DNA of 64,000 bases from a bacterium (GCA_963674965.2 CAXXFL010000003.1:416001-480000); one strand, 5' to 3'. Shown: positions 45,642 through 55,303, numbered from the stretch's first letter. Program-made: numbers and translations. Notes: generated by a model not told the origin, from the sequence alone.

Positions 45642-46763
45642 ATGAACTCAAAGCAAAGAATCGAGGCGGCCATCAACCTCGAGGCGGCCGACCGGGCCCC
45701 GGTGGGCCCCCTTCTGGACCACTTCGCGGCCACTTACACCGGCATTACCAAGACCGAGTTTATGCAAAACCCCGACAGCCGCATCAAGGCCATCCTCAAG
45801 ACCATGGCCGACATGGGGCCGTGGGACATTACCTTCATGGCCGAGACCGTCATACCCGAGCTCCTTTACGGCGCGCCCGCCCGCGTCAAGTGGCCGGGCA
45901 AGGACCTGCCCGACCATGAGATACACCAGTTCGAGGAGTTCGAGTTGCTCTCGCCCGAGGACTACGACCTCCTGGTCGATATCGGCCTGACCAAGTTCCT
46001 CCAGAACGTCACCGTCCGCCTCTACCCGGAGCTTGACGGACTCCTGCCCGGATTGAAGATGGGACTGGGCTATACCTGGAACATCATTAAGCACGCCCGC
46101 AAGGTCCGGGCCGCCGGAGCCGAGCCCGCCGTGGGCTTCATGCTGCCCGGGCCCATGTTCGAGTATTTCTCCATCGGACGGAGCATGGGGCCCATGAGCA
46201 TGGACCTTTACGACCACCCCGAGAAGATCAAGAGGGCCGGCAAGGTATGGGCCGAGGCCATGACGAAACTCTCCATAAAGTTCTCCAAGCTGGTGGGCAT
46301 TCCCCGCGTCTTCATCGGGCTCTCGCGCAGCTCCCCCTCCATGATCTCGCCCCGGCACTTCGAGGAGTTCGTGCTGCCCGAGCTGGATATCATGGTGAAC
46401 GGCATCATCGACGCGGGCCTATACCCGCTCTTCCACTGCGACACCAACTGGACCCGGAACTTCGAGTACTTCAAGAGGTTCCCGAAAAAGAAAATCATCC
46501 TCGAGCTGGACGGGGCCTCGGACATATTCAAGGCCAAGGAGGAGCTGGGGAATAACATGTGCATCATGGGGGACGTGCCCGCTTATCTTCTGGCCTTCGG
46601 GAAAAAAGAGGAGGTGCTCGATTACTGCAAGCGGCTCCTCGAGGAGGTGGGAAAAGGAGGAGGCTTTATCCTCTCCTCGGGCTGCTCCGTTCCCTCCAAC
46701 GCCAAGCCCGAAAACGTGCGCGCCATCTTCGAGGCGGCCGAGAAATGGGGCAGATATCAATAG
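45642..46763 (+). CDS. uroporphyrinogen decarboxylase / methylcobamide methyltransferase (UroD/MtaA) superfamily protein
   Basis: DRAPV, ISPRHFEEFVLP, FHCD, CIMGDVP, GGGFILSSGC and AKPENV motifs. Confidence 0.88.
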   Translation: MNSKQRIEAAINLEAADRAPVGPLLDHFAATYTGITKTEFMQNPDSRIKAILKTMADMGPWDITFMAETVIPELLYGAPARVKWPGKDLPDHEIHQFEEFELLSPEDYDLLVDIGLTKFLQNVTVRLYPELDGLLPGLKMGLGYTWNIIKHARKVRAAGAEPAVGFMLPGPMFEYFSIGRSMGPMSMDLYDHPEKIKRAGKVWAEAMTKLSIKFSKLVGIPRVFIGLSRSSPSMISPRHFEEFVLPELDIMVNGIIDAGLYPLFHCDTNWTRNFEYFKRFPKKKIILELDGASDIFKAKEELGNNMCIMGDVPAYLLAFGKKEEVLDYCKRLLEEVGKGGGFILSSGCSVPSNAKPENVRAIFEAAEKWGRYQ

Positions 46764-46842
46764 GGAAAACCGGCCGCCGGCGCGAGGACGGACGGTCGTA
46801 TAATATAATCGAAACCTAGCGGTTAAGGAGGACGGGTAAATC

Positions 46843-47352
46843 ATGAATCTTCGGTCTATCGTTATCTTGCTCTTGCTTATCGTCGGGCCGGCCCTGGCGG
46901 CGGCCGTGAGCGGCCGGGGCCAGGCCGCGTCCAGCTCCCCGGCGGCCATCGGGCTGGCCTCGGGCATCGTGCACGGCGACACCTCGGTCCCCGACGAGAA
47001 GCTAATCGAGCAATACGGCGACAAAATGCCCGACGTCGTCTTTCTGAAGAGGCTGTGCAAAAAGATGGAGCCCGTCGAGTTCCATCACAAGGCCCACGTT
47101 GAGAGGAAGGTCGCCCGCTGCGGCAATTGTCATCACAAAAACCCGACGGACATTAAGCCCTGCGGCGAGTGCCACGTCGAGGCGCCCGAGGACCCGAAGG
47201 CGCCCAAGTACCAGAAGGCGCACCACGACCTGTGCCATCCGTGCCACAAGGAGCACAAGACCGGCGACGGCGGGCCGCCCATCAAGTGCGTCGAGTGTCA
47301 TAAAAAAGGCAACGGCGAGAAGGCGGGGGTAGAGTGCCCGGCGCCCAAGTAA
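46843..47352 (+). CDS. tetraheme cytochrome c3 (class III)
   Basis: Signal peptide; FHHKAH; CGNCHH, CGECH, CHPCH and CVECH; AAGGAGG SD. Confidence 0.92.
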   Translation: MNLRSIVILLLLIVGPALAAAVSGRGQAASSSPAAIGLASGIVHGDTSVPDEKLIEQYGDKMPDVVFLKRLCKKMEPVEFHHKAHVERKVARCGNCHHKNPTDIKPCGECHVEAPEDPKAPKYQKAHHDLCHPCHKEHKTGDGGPPIKCVECHKKGNGEKAGVECPAPK

Positions 47353-47373
47353 GGAAAAGAGAAAACGCCGAGA

Positions 47374-47404
47374 CGGCCGGGTTTATGTCCCGGCCGCTTT
47401 TTTC
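47374..47404 (+). terminator. intrinsic terminator
   Basis: CGGCCGGG-loop-CCCGGCCG followed by CTTTTTT. Confidence 0.8.
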
Positions 47405-47421
47405 TTCCATGGCAAAGCCGG

Positions 47422-47913
47422 CTATTCCTCGAAGCGGTTGCCGATGGTGACCTTGATGACCACCTCGTCGGTGTAGGGGTCCTGTACGGTCACTATCTGG
47501 GTCTGGCCCTGGCTGGCCTTGTGCAGGGTGCTCGAGCCGAGGGGAAGGTTCATCTTGGTCACTTCCGTGTAATCCGTCGATTTCAGCACCTCTACCTTGG
47601 CGTAGACCTTGGACTTGCTGTTGTATATCTGGACCTTGTTCTCGGAGGGAACGTTGAGAAGGGCCTCGGCCGGAAGATGGAAAACCGACTTGGTTTCCTC
47701 CGTCTCCGGGTCCTTGAACCTGCCGTGGGTCACCTCAAGGACCGTGCCGCTGGGACCGTCCAGGACCACCAGCATGTTGCCGGGCCGGACTATGCCCTTG
47801 GCCGTCGAGTAAGCCGACGACGCCCCCTGCTTTACCTTCTGGCACCCCAGCGAAACCGAGGCAAAGGCGATCGCCGCCGCGGCCATGACCATGAGATATC
47901 TTTTGGCGTCCAT
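47422..47913 (-). CDS. hypothetical lipoprotein
   Basis: Lipobox SLGC; AGGAGG SD. Confidence 0.75.
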   Translation of the reverse strand: MDAKRYLMVMAAAAIAFASVSLGCQKVKQGASSAYSTAKGIVRPGNMLVVLDGPSGTVLEVTHGRFKDPETEETKSVFHLPAEALLNVPSENKVQIYNSKSKVYAKVEVLKSTDYTEVTKMNLPLGSSTLHKASQGQTQIVTVQDPYTDEVVIKVTIGNRFEE

Positions 47914-47990
47914 GTTTTCCTCCTGATTTGTTCAATAGAACGTTTCGGATTTCGGGTCTTGCCATAGGCTAGCACCATTTCGGGCGCTTG

Positions 47991-48815
47991 TTAACCCTCG
48001 AGGCCCCCGAAGAGCTTTTTCGCGTTGTCTCGCAAAATCCCGTTTTTGACCTCCTCCGAGATGGAAAGCCTGGTTATCGCGTCCACCGCCTCCCGGTAGG
48101 GGTAGGGAATATTGGGGTAATCGGAGCCGAAGAGTATCCTGTCCGACCACTTCTCGATAAGCTCGAGGGGGACCTTGGGCTGGGCATCGAACAGGTCCGT
48201 CCTTACCCATATCATGGCCGTGTCCAGGTAAAGCCCCGGGTATTTCTCCAGCATGGCCAGGGCGCGCTCCGTCTCGAACGCCCCCATGTGGGCCAGCACC
48301 ACCCGGAGACCGGGCCGCCGGGCAAGAACGCGCTCGAGCCTGTCAAGGCCTACCCATTTGTTGGCGTAGGGCGCCGTGCCCCCATGCAGCACCAGGGTCT
48401 TGTCCAGGGCCTCGAGACGATCGAGCGTGGTCTCCAGCCTCGGGTCGTCGACGCCGAACTCGCACACCAGGGGCTGGAGCTTTATGCCATGGAAGACGCC
48501 GTCCTCCAGGTAGGGAGCCACCGTTCCCCACGGGTCGGGGTCGCCGGCGTGGACCGTGCCGAAGCCGATGGCCTCGGGACGGCCCGAGACGAACCCGGCG
48601 GTCCATTCGTTGAGCCTGGCCGCCTGGCCCGGCCGCCTGACGTAATTAAGGGTGGCGTAGCGCTCGACGCCCTCGGCCCCGAGGCTTTCGGCCAGCTCCG
48701 AGGAGGAGCGCTTGTGGGCGATGCCCCATCCCCCGCTCTCGAAGAACCTCCAGATGGCCTCGAACATGGGCCGGGGAAAAAAATGGGCGTGCATGTCTAT
48801 TATGGGTCCCGTCAA
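47991..48815 (-). CDS. amidohydrolase family protein (Amidohydro_2-like)
   Basis: IIDMHAH, GIKLQP, LAHMG, YLDT, FGSDYP and NAKKL motifs. Probable TTG start at 48815 after GAGGA. Confidence 0.88.
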   Translation of the reverse strand: MTGPIIDMHAHFFPRPMFEAIWRFFESGGWGIAHKRSSSELAESLGAEGVERYATLNYVRRPGQAARLNEWTAGFVSGRPEAIGFGTVHAGDPDPWGTVAPYLEDGVFHGIKLQPLVCEFGVDDPRLETTLDRLEALDKTLVLHGGTAPYANKWVGLDRLERVLARRPGLRVVLAHMGAFETERALAMLEKYPGLYLDTAMIWVRTDLFDAQPKVPLELIEKWSDRILFGSDYPNIPYPYREAVDAITRLSISEEVKNGILRDNAKKLFGGLEG

Positions 48816-48841
48816 GATTCGATCCTCGCTTATCTTGCTCT

Positions 48842-50332
48842 TCAGATCGCGAACTTGTCCTTTAACGCCTCGTAGAGGGCGGCGAACCTCTCGTGGCCCG
48901 CCTCGTAGGCGTTCACCCAGTCCGGATCGGGCTCGATCTCGTCGCGGATGGACAAGGTCGCCTCGGCGGCCTCGGCCGCGCTCGAGAAGGCGCCCGTTCC
49001 CACCAGCGCCAAAATAGCCGCCCCGAACGCGGGCCCCTCGTCCACCGAGAGCCGCTTGATGGGAAGGCCCAAAACGCTCGAGATCACGGCCGACCACAAG
49101 GCGCTTTTCGCGCCGCCCCCCGAGAGGTATACCTCGTCCATCCTGAGCCCGCTCTCGGCCATGAGGTTGACCGAGTCCTTCAGGCCGTAGGCCACGCCCT
49201 CCATCACCGCCCGGGTCAGATGCCCGACGCCCGAGCCGAGGGAGAGGCCCGAGAAGACGCCCCTCGCCTCGGGGTCGAAGTGCGGGGTCCTCTCTCCCGT
49301 CAGGTAGGGAAGGAAGGTGAGCCCCTCGCACCGGGGGGGGACCTCCTCGGCGGCCGCGCCCATGTCGGGATAATCGATATCTGACCCGGCTTGGCGAAAG
49401 AGGTCCCGCAGCCAGCGCGTCGAGCCCCCGGCCGAGAGCATCACTCCCATGGCGTGCCAGAGCCCGGGCGAGGCGTGGCAAAAGGAATGTATCCGCGCCA
49501 GCGGGTCCATAACCGGCTTCTCCGAGGCCGCGAAGACCACTCCCGAGGTTCCCACCGTAATAAGTACCGGTCCCTCCCTCACCACGCCGTTGCCGATCGC
49601 GCCCGCCGCCTGGTCGCCCGCGCCGGCGACCACGGGGGTCCCGGGCTCGAGTCCCGCGGCCAGGGCCGCCTCTTTCGAGACCCGGCCGCATATCTGGGAA
49701 GACTCGTAAACCCGGGCCAGGATCGACGCGTCGATCTCGAGCAGGTCCAGCGTCTCGCGGGACCATTCCCGGCCCGCCACGTCGAAAAGGAGCATGCCCG
49801 AGGCGTCGGACACGTCGGTGGCCTTCTCGCCGGTCAGCTTGAACCTTATGTAGTCCTTGGCGAGGAGGAGACTTTTAAGCCGTCCGTAATTTTGCGGCTC
49901 CGAGTTTTTCAGCCAGAGCACCTTGGGCGCCGTGAATCCGGTCAGGGCCCGGTTGTTGGTCAGGGTCACGAGCCGGTCGAACCCTATCTTTTCGGTAATG
50001 TACTCGACCTCGCCGCTCACGCGCTGGTCGCACCAGAGGAGGGCCGGCCTGATCACGCCGTCGTTCCCGTCCAGGAAAACCGAGCTGTGCATCTGGCCGG
50101 TCAGTCCCACTCCGACCACCTCGGCGCCCCTCGCGCCCGAGTCGGCCAGGAGCCGTTTTATCACTTCGGCCGAGGCCTTCCACCAGTCGTCCGGGTCCTG
50201 CTCGGCCCATCCCGGCCGGGGGGTGGACACGCCGTACTCGACCGTCGCCGTCCGGGCGACCCGGCCACTCTCGGACACCAAAAGGCCCTTGGTCCCCGAG
50301 GTGCCGACGTCGATACCAATCACGTAACTCAA
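48842..50332 (-). CDS. xylB: xylulokinase (FGGY family)
   Basis: GIDVGTSGTK, GLTGQMH, LWCDQR, SDASG, GAGDQAA, GTSG, PYLTGERTP and GGGAKS motifs. Confidence 0.92.
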   Translation of the reverse strand: MSYVIGIDVGTSGTKGLLVSESGRVARTATVEYGVSTPRPGWAEQDPDDWWKASAEVIKRLLADSGARGAEVVGVGLTGQMHSSVFLDGNDGVIRPALLWCDQRVSGEVEYITEKIGFDRLVTLTNNRALTGFTAPKVLWLKNSEPQNYGRLKSLLLAKDYIRFKLTGEKATDVSDASGMLLFDVAGREWSRETLDLLEIDASILARVYESSQICGRVSKEAALAAGLEPGTPVVAGAGDQAAGAIGNGVVREGPVLITVGTSGVVFAASEKPVMDPLARIHSFCHASPGLWHAMGVMLSAGGSTRWLRDLFRQAGSDIDYPDMGAAAEEVPPRCEGLTFLPYLTGERTPHFDPEARGVFSGLSLGSGVGHLTRAVMEGVAYGLKDSVNLMAESGLRMDEVYLSGGGAKSALWSAVISSVLGLPIKRLSVDEGPAFGAAILALVGTGAFSSAAEAAEATLSIRDEIEPDPDWVNAYEAGHERFAALYEALKDKFAI

Positions 50333-50525
50333 AGCCTTCCTCCTTGGCCGCGCGAAAAGCGCGTTATCAGGCTAAGGTAATCCATCAGGCCCGCCATGTA
50401 AAACCCGTCCCGAACCACGCGGTCCTCCTTGACTGGCGTTACAAGCGAGCCTACCATGGTTAGGTAGACCGCCGCCGGCCGCGGAAGAAGAAGTCGGCGG
50501 CAACAATGGGGCGAGGTCCAAGCGC

Positions 50526-51242
50526 ATGGAAGAGTCGAAGAAAAAAAGGACCGGCCACGCGGCGCCCGAGGGCTATGACGCGGGCAATTACGAAAAACCC
50601 TCGGTGGCCTGCGACGTGGTCATACTTACCTTTCGGGACGGCGACCTGGAGATCGTTTTGATCCGGAGGTCGAGGGACCCGTACGAGGGCTACTGGGCCC
50701 TTCCCGGCGGCTTCGTGGACATTGACGAGTCGCTCGAGGCGGCGGCGGCGAGGGAGGTCCGGGAGGAAACGGGCGTTACCGGCCTTGGCCTCATCGGGCT
50801 CGGGGCCTTCGGCGACCCGGACCGGGACCCGAGGACCCGCGTCATCTCCTCCGCCTACATGGCGCTGGTGAGGCCCGGAGATATCAAGCCCCGGGCGGGA
50901 GACGACGCCGCCGAGGCCGAATGGCACGGGCTGGGCAACTTGCCCGATCTGGCCTTCGACCACGAGGATATCATCGCCAAGGCCATGGAAAGGCTCCGGG
51001 AGATGGCCGTTTTATCGCCCCGTCTTTTCGAGCTTCTTCCCGAGAGGTTCGGCCTGGCCCAATACAAGGCCCTCTGCGAGAGAGTCATGGCCAGGCGATA
51101 CGAGGACGACGGTTTTTACGGTTCCATCCGCCGCAACCCGCATTTTATAAGGACCGGCGCCGGGGATGACGGCGAGGAATTGTTCGGCTTTGACGCCTCG
51201 GCATATCGCGACGGCGAGTTCATGTTCCTGCTCCTGGGCTAA
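50526..51242 (+). CDS. NUDIX hydrolase with NrtR-like architecture
   Basis: WALPGGFV.IDESLEAAAAREVREETG Nudix box, RDPR and LAFDH, then a degenerate wHTH (ELLPERF). Confidence 0.85.
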   Translation: MEESKKKRTGHAAPEGYDAGNYEKPSVACDVVILTFRDGDLEIVLIRRSRDPYEGYWALPGGFVDIDESLEAAAAREVREETGVTGLGLIGLGAFGDPDRDPRTRVISSAYMALVRPGDIKPRAGDDAAEAEWHGLGNLPDLAFDHEDIIAKAMERLREMAVLSPRLFELLPERFGLAQYKALCERVMARRYEDDGFYGSIRRNPHFIRTGAGDDGEELFGFDASAYRDGEFMFLLLG

Positions 51243-51253
51243 GGAGGAAGGTT

Positions 51254-52495
51254 ATGACGCGAGCTCTTTTCATCATGGCCGCCATCATGTTGGGCGTCTC
51301 CTTTCCGTACGGGCGCGAGGAAAAGGCCGGCTGGAAAGTCACCCAGATAACGTCCTGCAACGGCGGCGCGAGCGGCCTGCCCCAACTGAGTCAGGACGGC
51401 AAGAGGGTCTACTTCGTTTCCAACTGCAACCTTGCCGGAGACAACCGCGACCTGGGCAAGGAGATATTCAAATGGGAGGACGGGAAAATCACTCAACTGA
51501 CCCATACATCGTACTGCCAGATCGGCAACTTCTCCTTGTCCCCCGTCTCGGAGGAATTGGCCTTTATTACCACCTGCGACATAAACCGTGAAAATTCCAC
51601 GGGCCGCGAGGAACTGGCCCTGCTCAAAAAGGACGGCTCGGCGATCATGTTGACCAGGGAAAGCCAGGGCGGAAACGATTTCCCCAATTGGTCGAGCGAC
51701 GGCAGGTACGTGGTTTTCGAGTCGAGCGCCGATCCTCTGGGCCGGAACGCGGACCACTCGAGGGAGGTCTTCACGGCTGACGTCACGGTCGACCCGCCCC
51801 TCCTCCAACAAATATCCCGGACGGCCAAGGACCGAAAGTGCGAGAACTCCTCGATGGCCGCCGGCGGGGTGGTGGCCAGGTGCGACGACGACTTTCCCGG
51901 CACGGCCCCCGACACGGGCGCGCTGGGCATGTCCGTAACCATCGAGGGCAGGACCGTTGGCTCCAACCCGGACCGCAACCTCGAGCTTTTCCGGTTCGAC
52001 TTAAATGGGCGCGCCGTTCAGCTCACGGACACTAAAGGCTGCGAGAACAAGCTTCCTCTTATCCAGCCCGAGGGAGGGGAGTTGGCTTACGTGACCGACT
52101 GCGGTCCCTCCAGCTCGGGGCTGCCGGTAAAGGAATGGAAGCTGAACCTCCTGGCCGGGACGGAAAAAAGACTGTGCCCCGACCTTTCCTTTTCGGTTTT
52201 CTCCATGGCCTGGAGCGGGGACGGCAAGCGGCTGGCCCTTAGCTCGAACATGCAATACCGAGACGTGAACCGCGAGCGCAACGCGGAAATCTTCATCATC
52301 GACCTGGACTCTCCTCGAGAGAAGCCGGCGGCGGTGACGGATTTCCCCTACGGCTGGAGCGAATATCCATCCCTCAGCCGGGACGGGAAGGTGGTGGCCT
52401 TTCAGTCCAATTACACCAATGAAAGGGAAAACTCGGACGGGAACCTCGAGGTTTTCATGGCCATGGAGACCCAGCCCGAAACGGAAGACGAATAA
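51254..52495 (+). CDS. exported TolB-like/PD40 beta-propeller protein
   Basis: Signal peptide; repeated S.DG..V.F.S and N.D.N.EVF...QLT units. Confidence 0.85.
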   Translation: MTRALFIMAAIMLGVSFPYGREEKAGWKVTQITSCNGGASGLPQLSQDGKRVYFVSNCNLAGDNRDLGKEIFKWEDGKITQLTHTSYCQIGNFSLSPVSEELAFITTCDINRENSTGREELALLKKDGSAIMLTRESQGGNDFPNWSSDGRYVVFESSADPLGRNADHSREVFTADVTVDPPLLQQISRTAKDRKCENSSMAAGGVVARCDDDFPGTAPDTGALGMSVTIEGRTVGSNPDRNLELFRFDLNGRAVQLTDTKGCENKLPLIQPEGGELAYVTDCGPSSSGLPVKEWKLNLLAGTEKRLCPDLSFSVFSMAWSGDGKRLALSSNMQYRDVNRERNAEIFIIDLDSPREKPAAVTDFPYGWSEYPSLSRDGKVVAFQSNYTNERENSDGNLEVFMAMETQPETEDE

Positions 52496-52548
52496 GCCGC
52501 GGGAGGGAACGGCGTCCGCGACCCGGTCCCGCCCCCTGGAGGTAAATA

Positions 52549-53184
52549 ATGGCGACCATCTATCTTTTGCGTCACGGCCAGACTTCATGGAACAAGGACC
52601 CCCGTTTCCGGGGCAGGAAGGACGTGCCCCTCAGCGAGGAGGGCAAGCGGGAGGCCGAGGCGGCGGCCGACTTCCTCGAGACCGCGGGCGTCACTCGCCT
52701 TTACTCGAGTCCCTTAAGCCGAGCGGCGGGCACTCTGGCCCCGCTGGCCGGGCGTCTGGGCCTCGAGGTCACGCCCTTCCAGGACGTGATCGACATGGAC
52801 TTCGGCGAGTGGGAGGGCCTTTCCATCGGCGACGCCGAAAAGAGGTATCCGGACCTTTTCGAGCTTTGGAAGAACCAGCCGGAAAAGATCACCTTTCCGG
52901 GCGGCGAGAGCCTTGACGTCGTGCAGGCCCGGGCCATGCGGGGCGTCAGCCGGCTGGCCGTCGAGTTCCCGGAGGAAACCATCGCCTTGTGCTCCCACCG
53001 GGTGCTCTGCAAGCTCATCGTCCTCGGACTCTTCGGGGCCAAGCCCGACAAGTTCTGGCTGGTCAGGCAGGACACCGCCTGTATCAACCACTTCACCTAC
53101 GCCCCGCCCAGGGCCGTGGTCTACTCGATCAACCAGACCTGTCACCTGGACAAGCTGGAGAACAGGCTCCCGGCGGACTTCTGA
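52549..53184 (+). CDS. histidine phosphatase family protein
   Basis: LRHGQT.WN, SSPLSRA, DFGEWEG, PGGES and SH motifs. Confidence 0.92.
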   Translation: MATIYLLRHGQTSWNKDPRFRGRKDVPLSEEGKREAEAAADFLETAGVTRLYSSPLSRAAGTLAPLAGRLGLEVTPFQDVIDMDFGEWEGLSIGDAEKRYPDLFELWKNQPEKITFPGGESLDVVQARAMRGVSRLAVEFPEETIALCSHRVLCKLIVLGLFGAKPDKFWLVRQDTACINHFTYAPPRAVVYSINQTCHLDKLENRLPADF

Positions 53185-53240
53185 TGGCTGGACTCGCGGC
53201 GCGGCCCTCGATCATCGGCCCGAAGAGGGGGCAAGGCTGA

Positions 53241-54410
53241 ATGGAAACGGGCGACTTCGGCCGGCCGGCCTTTCGGGTGGCCTCGGCCCTTTGCTTTCCC
53301 CGCCTGGCCGGCTCGCCCGGGGAGAGGGCCGCCAGGGACAAGGTGGCCCGGGCCTTCCGGGACGCGGGGCTCGAGACGGACCTCGAGTTCTTCTACTGCT
53401 CCGACTACGCCATCACCGTCGCCGCCAGGTGGGCCATGGTCCCCACCGGATTCATCCTCGTTGCCGCGGCCCTGGCCGGACGCCTGGGATTTTGGGCCCC
53501 GGCCATGATACTCGCCCTCCTCTCCCTCTTGCCCGCGGCGTACGTTTTAAAAAGGGTGGGCGAGGGCTTCAATGACCCCGACCGTCCCCGGCAATACCGC
53601 TCGGCCAACGTGGTGGGCCGGATGGCCGGAAAGGACGGGGCCGGTACCGTGGTGCTCATGGCCCATTACGACTCCAAGAGCCAGGTCTTTCCCATCTGGC
53701 TGAGGATATCGATCTTCCTCCTGTCCGCCGCCGGAAGCGCGGCCCTGATCCTGGCCGTCGCGGTCTGCTCGCTCCTCGAGGCCCTGAAGACGCCGTGCCT
53801 TTTGACTCCCATCATCTTGCCCTCGGCCCTTATCCTGCTCATGGCCGACCTCTCCCTTCTTTTCAACGCCGTGGGCAACAAGTCGGAGGGGGCCCTGGAC
53901 AACGCGACCGGGGTGGGGATCATCACCGAGATCGCGACCCGCCTGGCCAAGGAGAAGCCCGAGGAACTGAACGTCGTGGCCGCGGCCACCGCGGCCGAGG
54001 AAATCGGGCTGTGCGGCGCCAACGCCTTTATCGAGGCCCACGCCCATGAACTCGACCCTTCCTCGACCCTGTTCCTCAACTTTGACGGATGCGGCGGAGA
54101 CCGCGTTCTCAGGGTCCTGAAAAGCCATGGGGCGCCCGCCAGGAAAATCCCCCCCGACCTGGCCCGGGCCATTAAAGAGATAGCGGACCGGGAGGGCATC
54201 CAGGTCAAGTGGACGACCATCCCCGCGGGCATGGCCACCGACCTCTTCCCCGTAAAAAAAGCCGGATACAAGGGCGTCGACTTCATAGGCATGGCCGCCG
54301 GAAGCCATACCCGGGGCGACAGGATCGAGCTGGTCAAGGAAAGTTCCCTGGCCGAGTACGTCAAGGTCGGAATGGAGCTGGCCGTCAAAGCGGGAACGAG
54401 ACGGACATGA
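53241..54410 (+). CDS. M28 family metallopeptidase with membrane helices
   Basis: AHYDS, GALDNATG, AEEIGLCG, NFD and SHT..D motifs; four hydrophobic segments. Confidence 0.85.
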   Translation: METGDFGRPAFRVASALCFPRLAGSPGERAARDKVARAFRDAGLETDLEFFYCSDYAITVAARWAMVPTGFILVAAALAGRLGFWAPAMILALLSLLPAAYVLKRVGEGFNDPDRPRQYRSANVVGRMAGKDGAGTVVLMAHYDSKSQVFPIWLRISIFLLSAAGSAALILAVAVCSLLEALKTPCLLTPIILPSALILLMADLSLLFNAVGNKSEGALDNATGVGIITEIATRLAKEKPEELNVVAAATAAEEIGLCGANAFIEAHAHELDPSSTLFLNFDGCGGDRVLRVLKSHGAPARKIPPDLARAIKEIADREGIQVKWTTIPAGMATDLFPVKKAGYKGVDFIGMAAGSHTRGDRIELVKESSLAEYVKVGMELAVKAGTRRT

Positions 54411-55300
54411 GCGAGGACCGAATCATCCTCAGCGTCTCGCGCCGGACGGACGTTCCCGCCTTTTACTCGGAGTGGTTCATGAACCGGCTCGAGGAGGGAC
54501 GTCTCGAGTACCGCCACCCTTACACGGGCAAGGTCCACGAGGTCATCATCTCGCCGGAGGGGACGGCGGCCATCGTCTTCTGGACCAAGAACTTCGCTCC
54601 CATGCTCGAGCGCCTGGACGAGATGGAAGCTCTCGGCTACGGCCGCTACCTGGTCCATTACACCATCACCGGCCTGGGACGGGGCCTCGAGCCCCTCGCT
54701 CCCCCCGCCGAGGAGTCGATCCGGACCCTCGAGAAGCTGTCCGGACGAGTGGGCCCCGAGCGCCTGATATGGCGGTTCGATCCCATCGTGCTTTCAAAAA
54801 GGACCGGCGTCGCCTCGACCCTCGAGAGGTTCGCCGGGCTGGCCGCTAAAATCTCGGGCAAGGTCCGTGACTGCTTTACGAGCGTGATGGAGCCTTACGC
54901 CAAGACGAGGGGAAGACTGGCGGCCTACGAGGCGAAAAGCGGCGACGAGATCGTCGCGGCCGAGGGCGACGATCTCATGCGCCTTTCCATGGGCCTGGGG
55001 GAAGCGGGAAGAAAGGCGGGCATATCCGTTCGCGCCTGCTGCTCTCCCGGGCTGCTGGGGTTTGGGGTCCAGCCGGCCAGGTGCATTGACGGCGATCGTA
55101 TTTTGTCCTTGTGGCCCGGGTGCGGCCTTATACCGGCGGCGTCCCCCACCAGGAAGTCCTGCGGGTGCGACCGGGCCGTGGACGTGGGGGCCTACGACTC
55201 CTGTCCCCACCGATGCGTCTACTGCTACGCCAACGCCGCGGATAATACCATCGCCAGGGTCCATGCAAACCACGACCCCCGCTCGGCCGGACTGGCGTAG
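54407..55300 (+). CDS. DUF1848 family protein
   Basis: ILSVSRRTDVPAFYSEWF, VFWTKN, WRFDPI and DVGAYDSCPHRCVYCYAN; ATGA overlap with the upstream stop. Confidence 0.92.
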   Translation: MSEDRIILSVSRRTDVPAFYSEWFMNRLEEGRLEYRHPYTGKVHEVIISPEGTAAIVFWTKNFAPMLERLDEMEALGYGRYLVHYTITGLGRGLEPLAPPAEESIRTLEKLSGRVGPERLIWRFDPIVLSKRTGVASTLERFAGLAAKISGKVRDCFTSVMEPYAKTRGRLAAYEAKSGDEIVAAEGDDLMRLSMGLGEAGRKAGISVRACCSPGLLGFGVQPARCIDGDRILSLWPGCGLIPAASPTRKSCGCDRAVDVGAYDSCPHRCVYCYANAADNTIARVHANHDPRSAGLA

Positions 55301-55303
55301 GCC

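Noticed and set aside
45642-46763. hemE (heme biosynthesis) assignment
   Set aside because: It lacks the N-terminal RQAGR motif of true UroD, so it is kept as a superfamily-level call.
48816-49766. Apparent 591-aa fusion ORF 47991-49766
   Set aside because: The N-terminal part overlaps xylB in another frame and is Arg/Gly-rich noise. The amidohydrolase begins near 48815.
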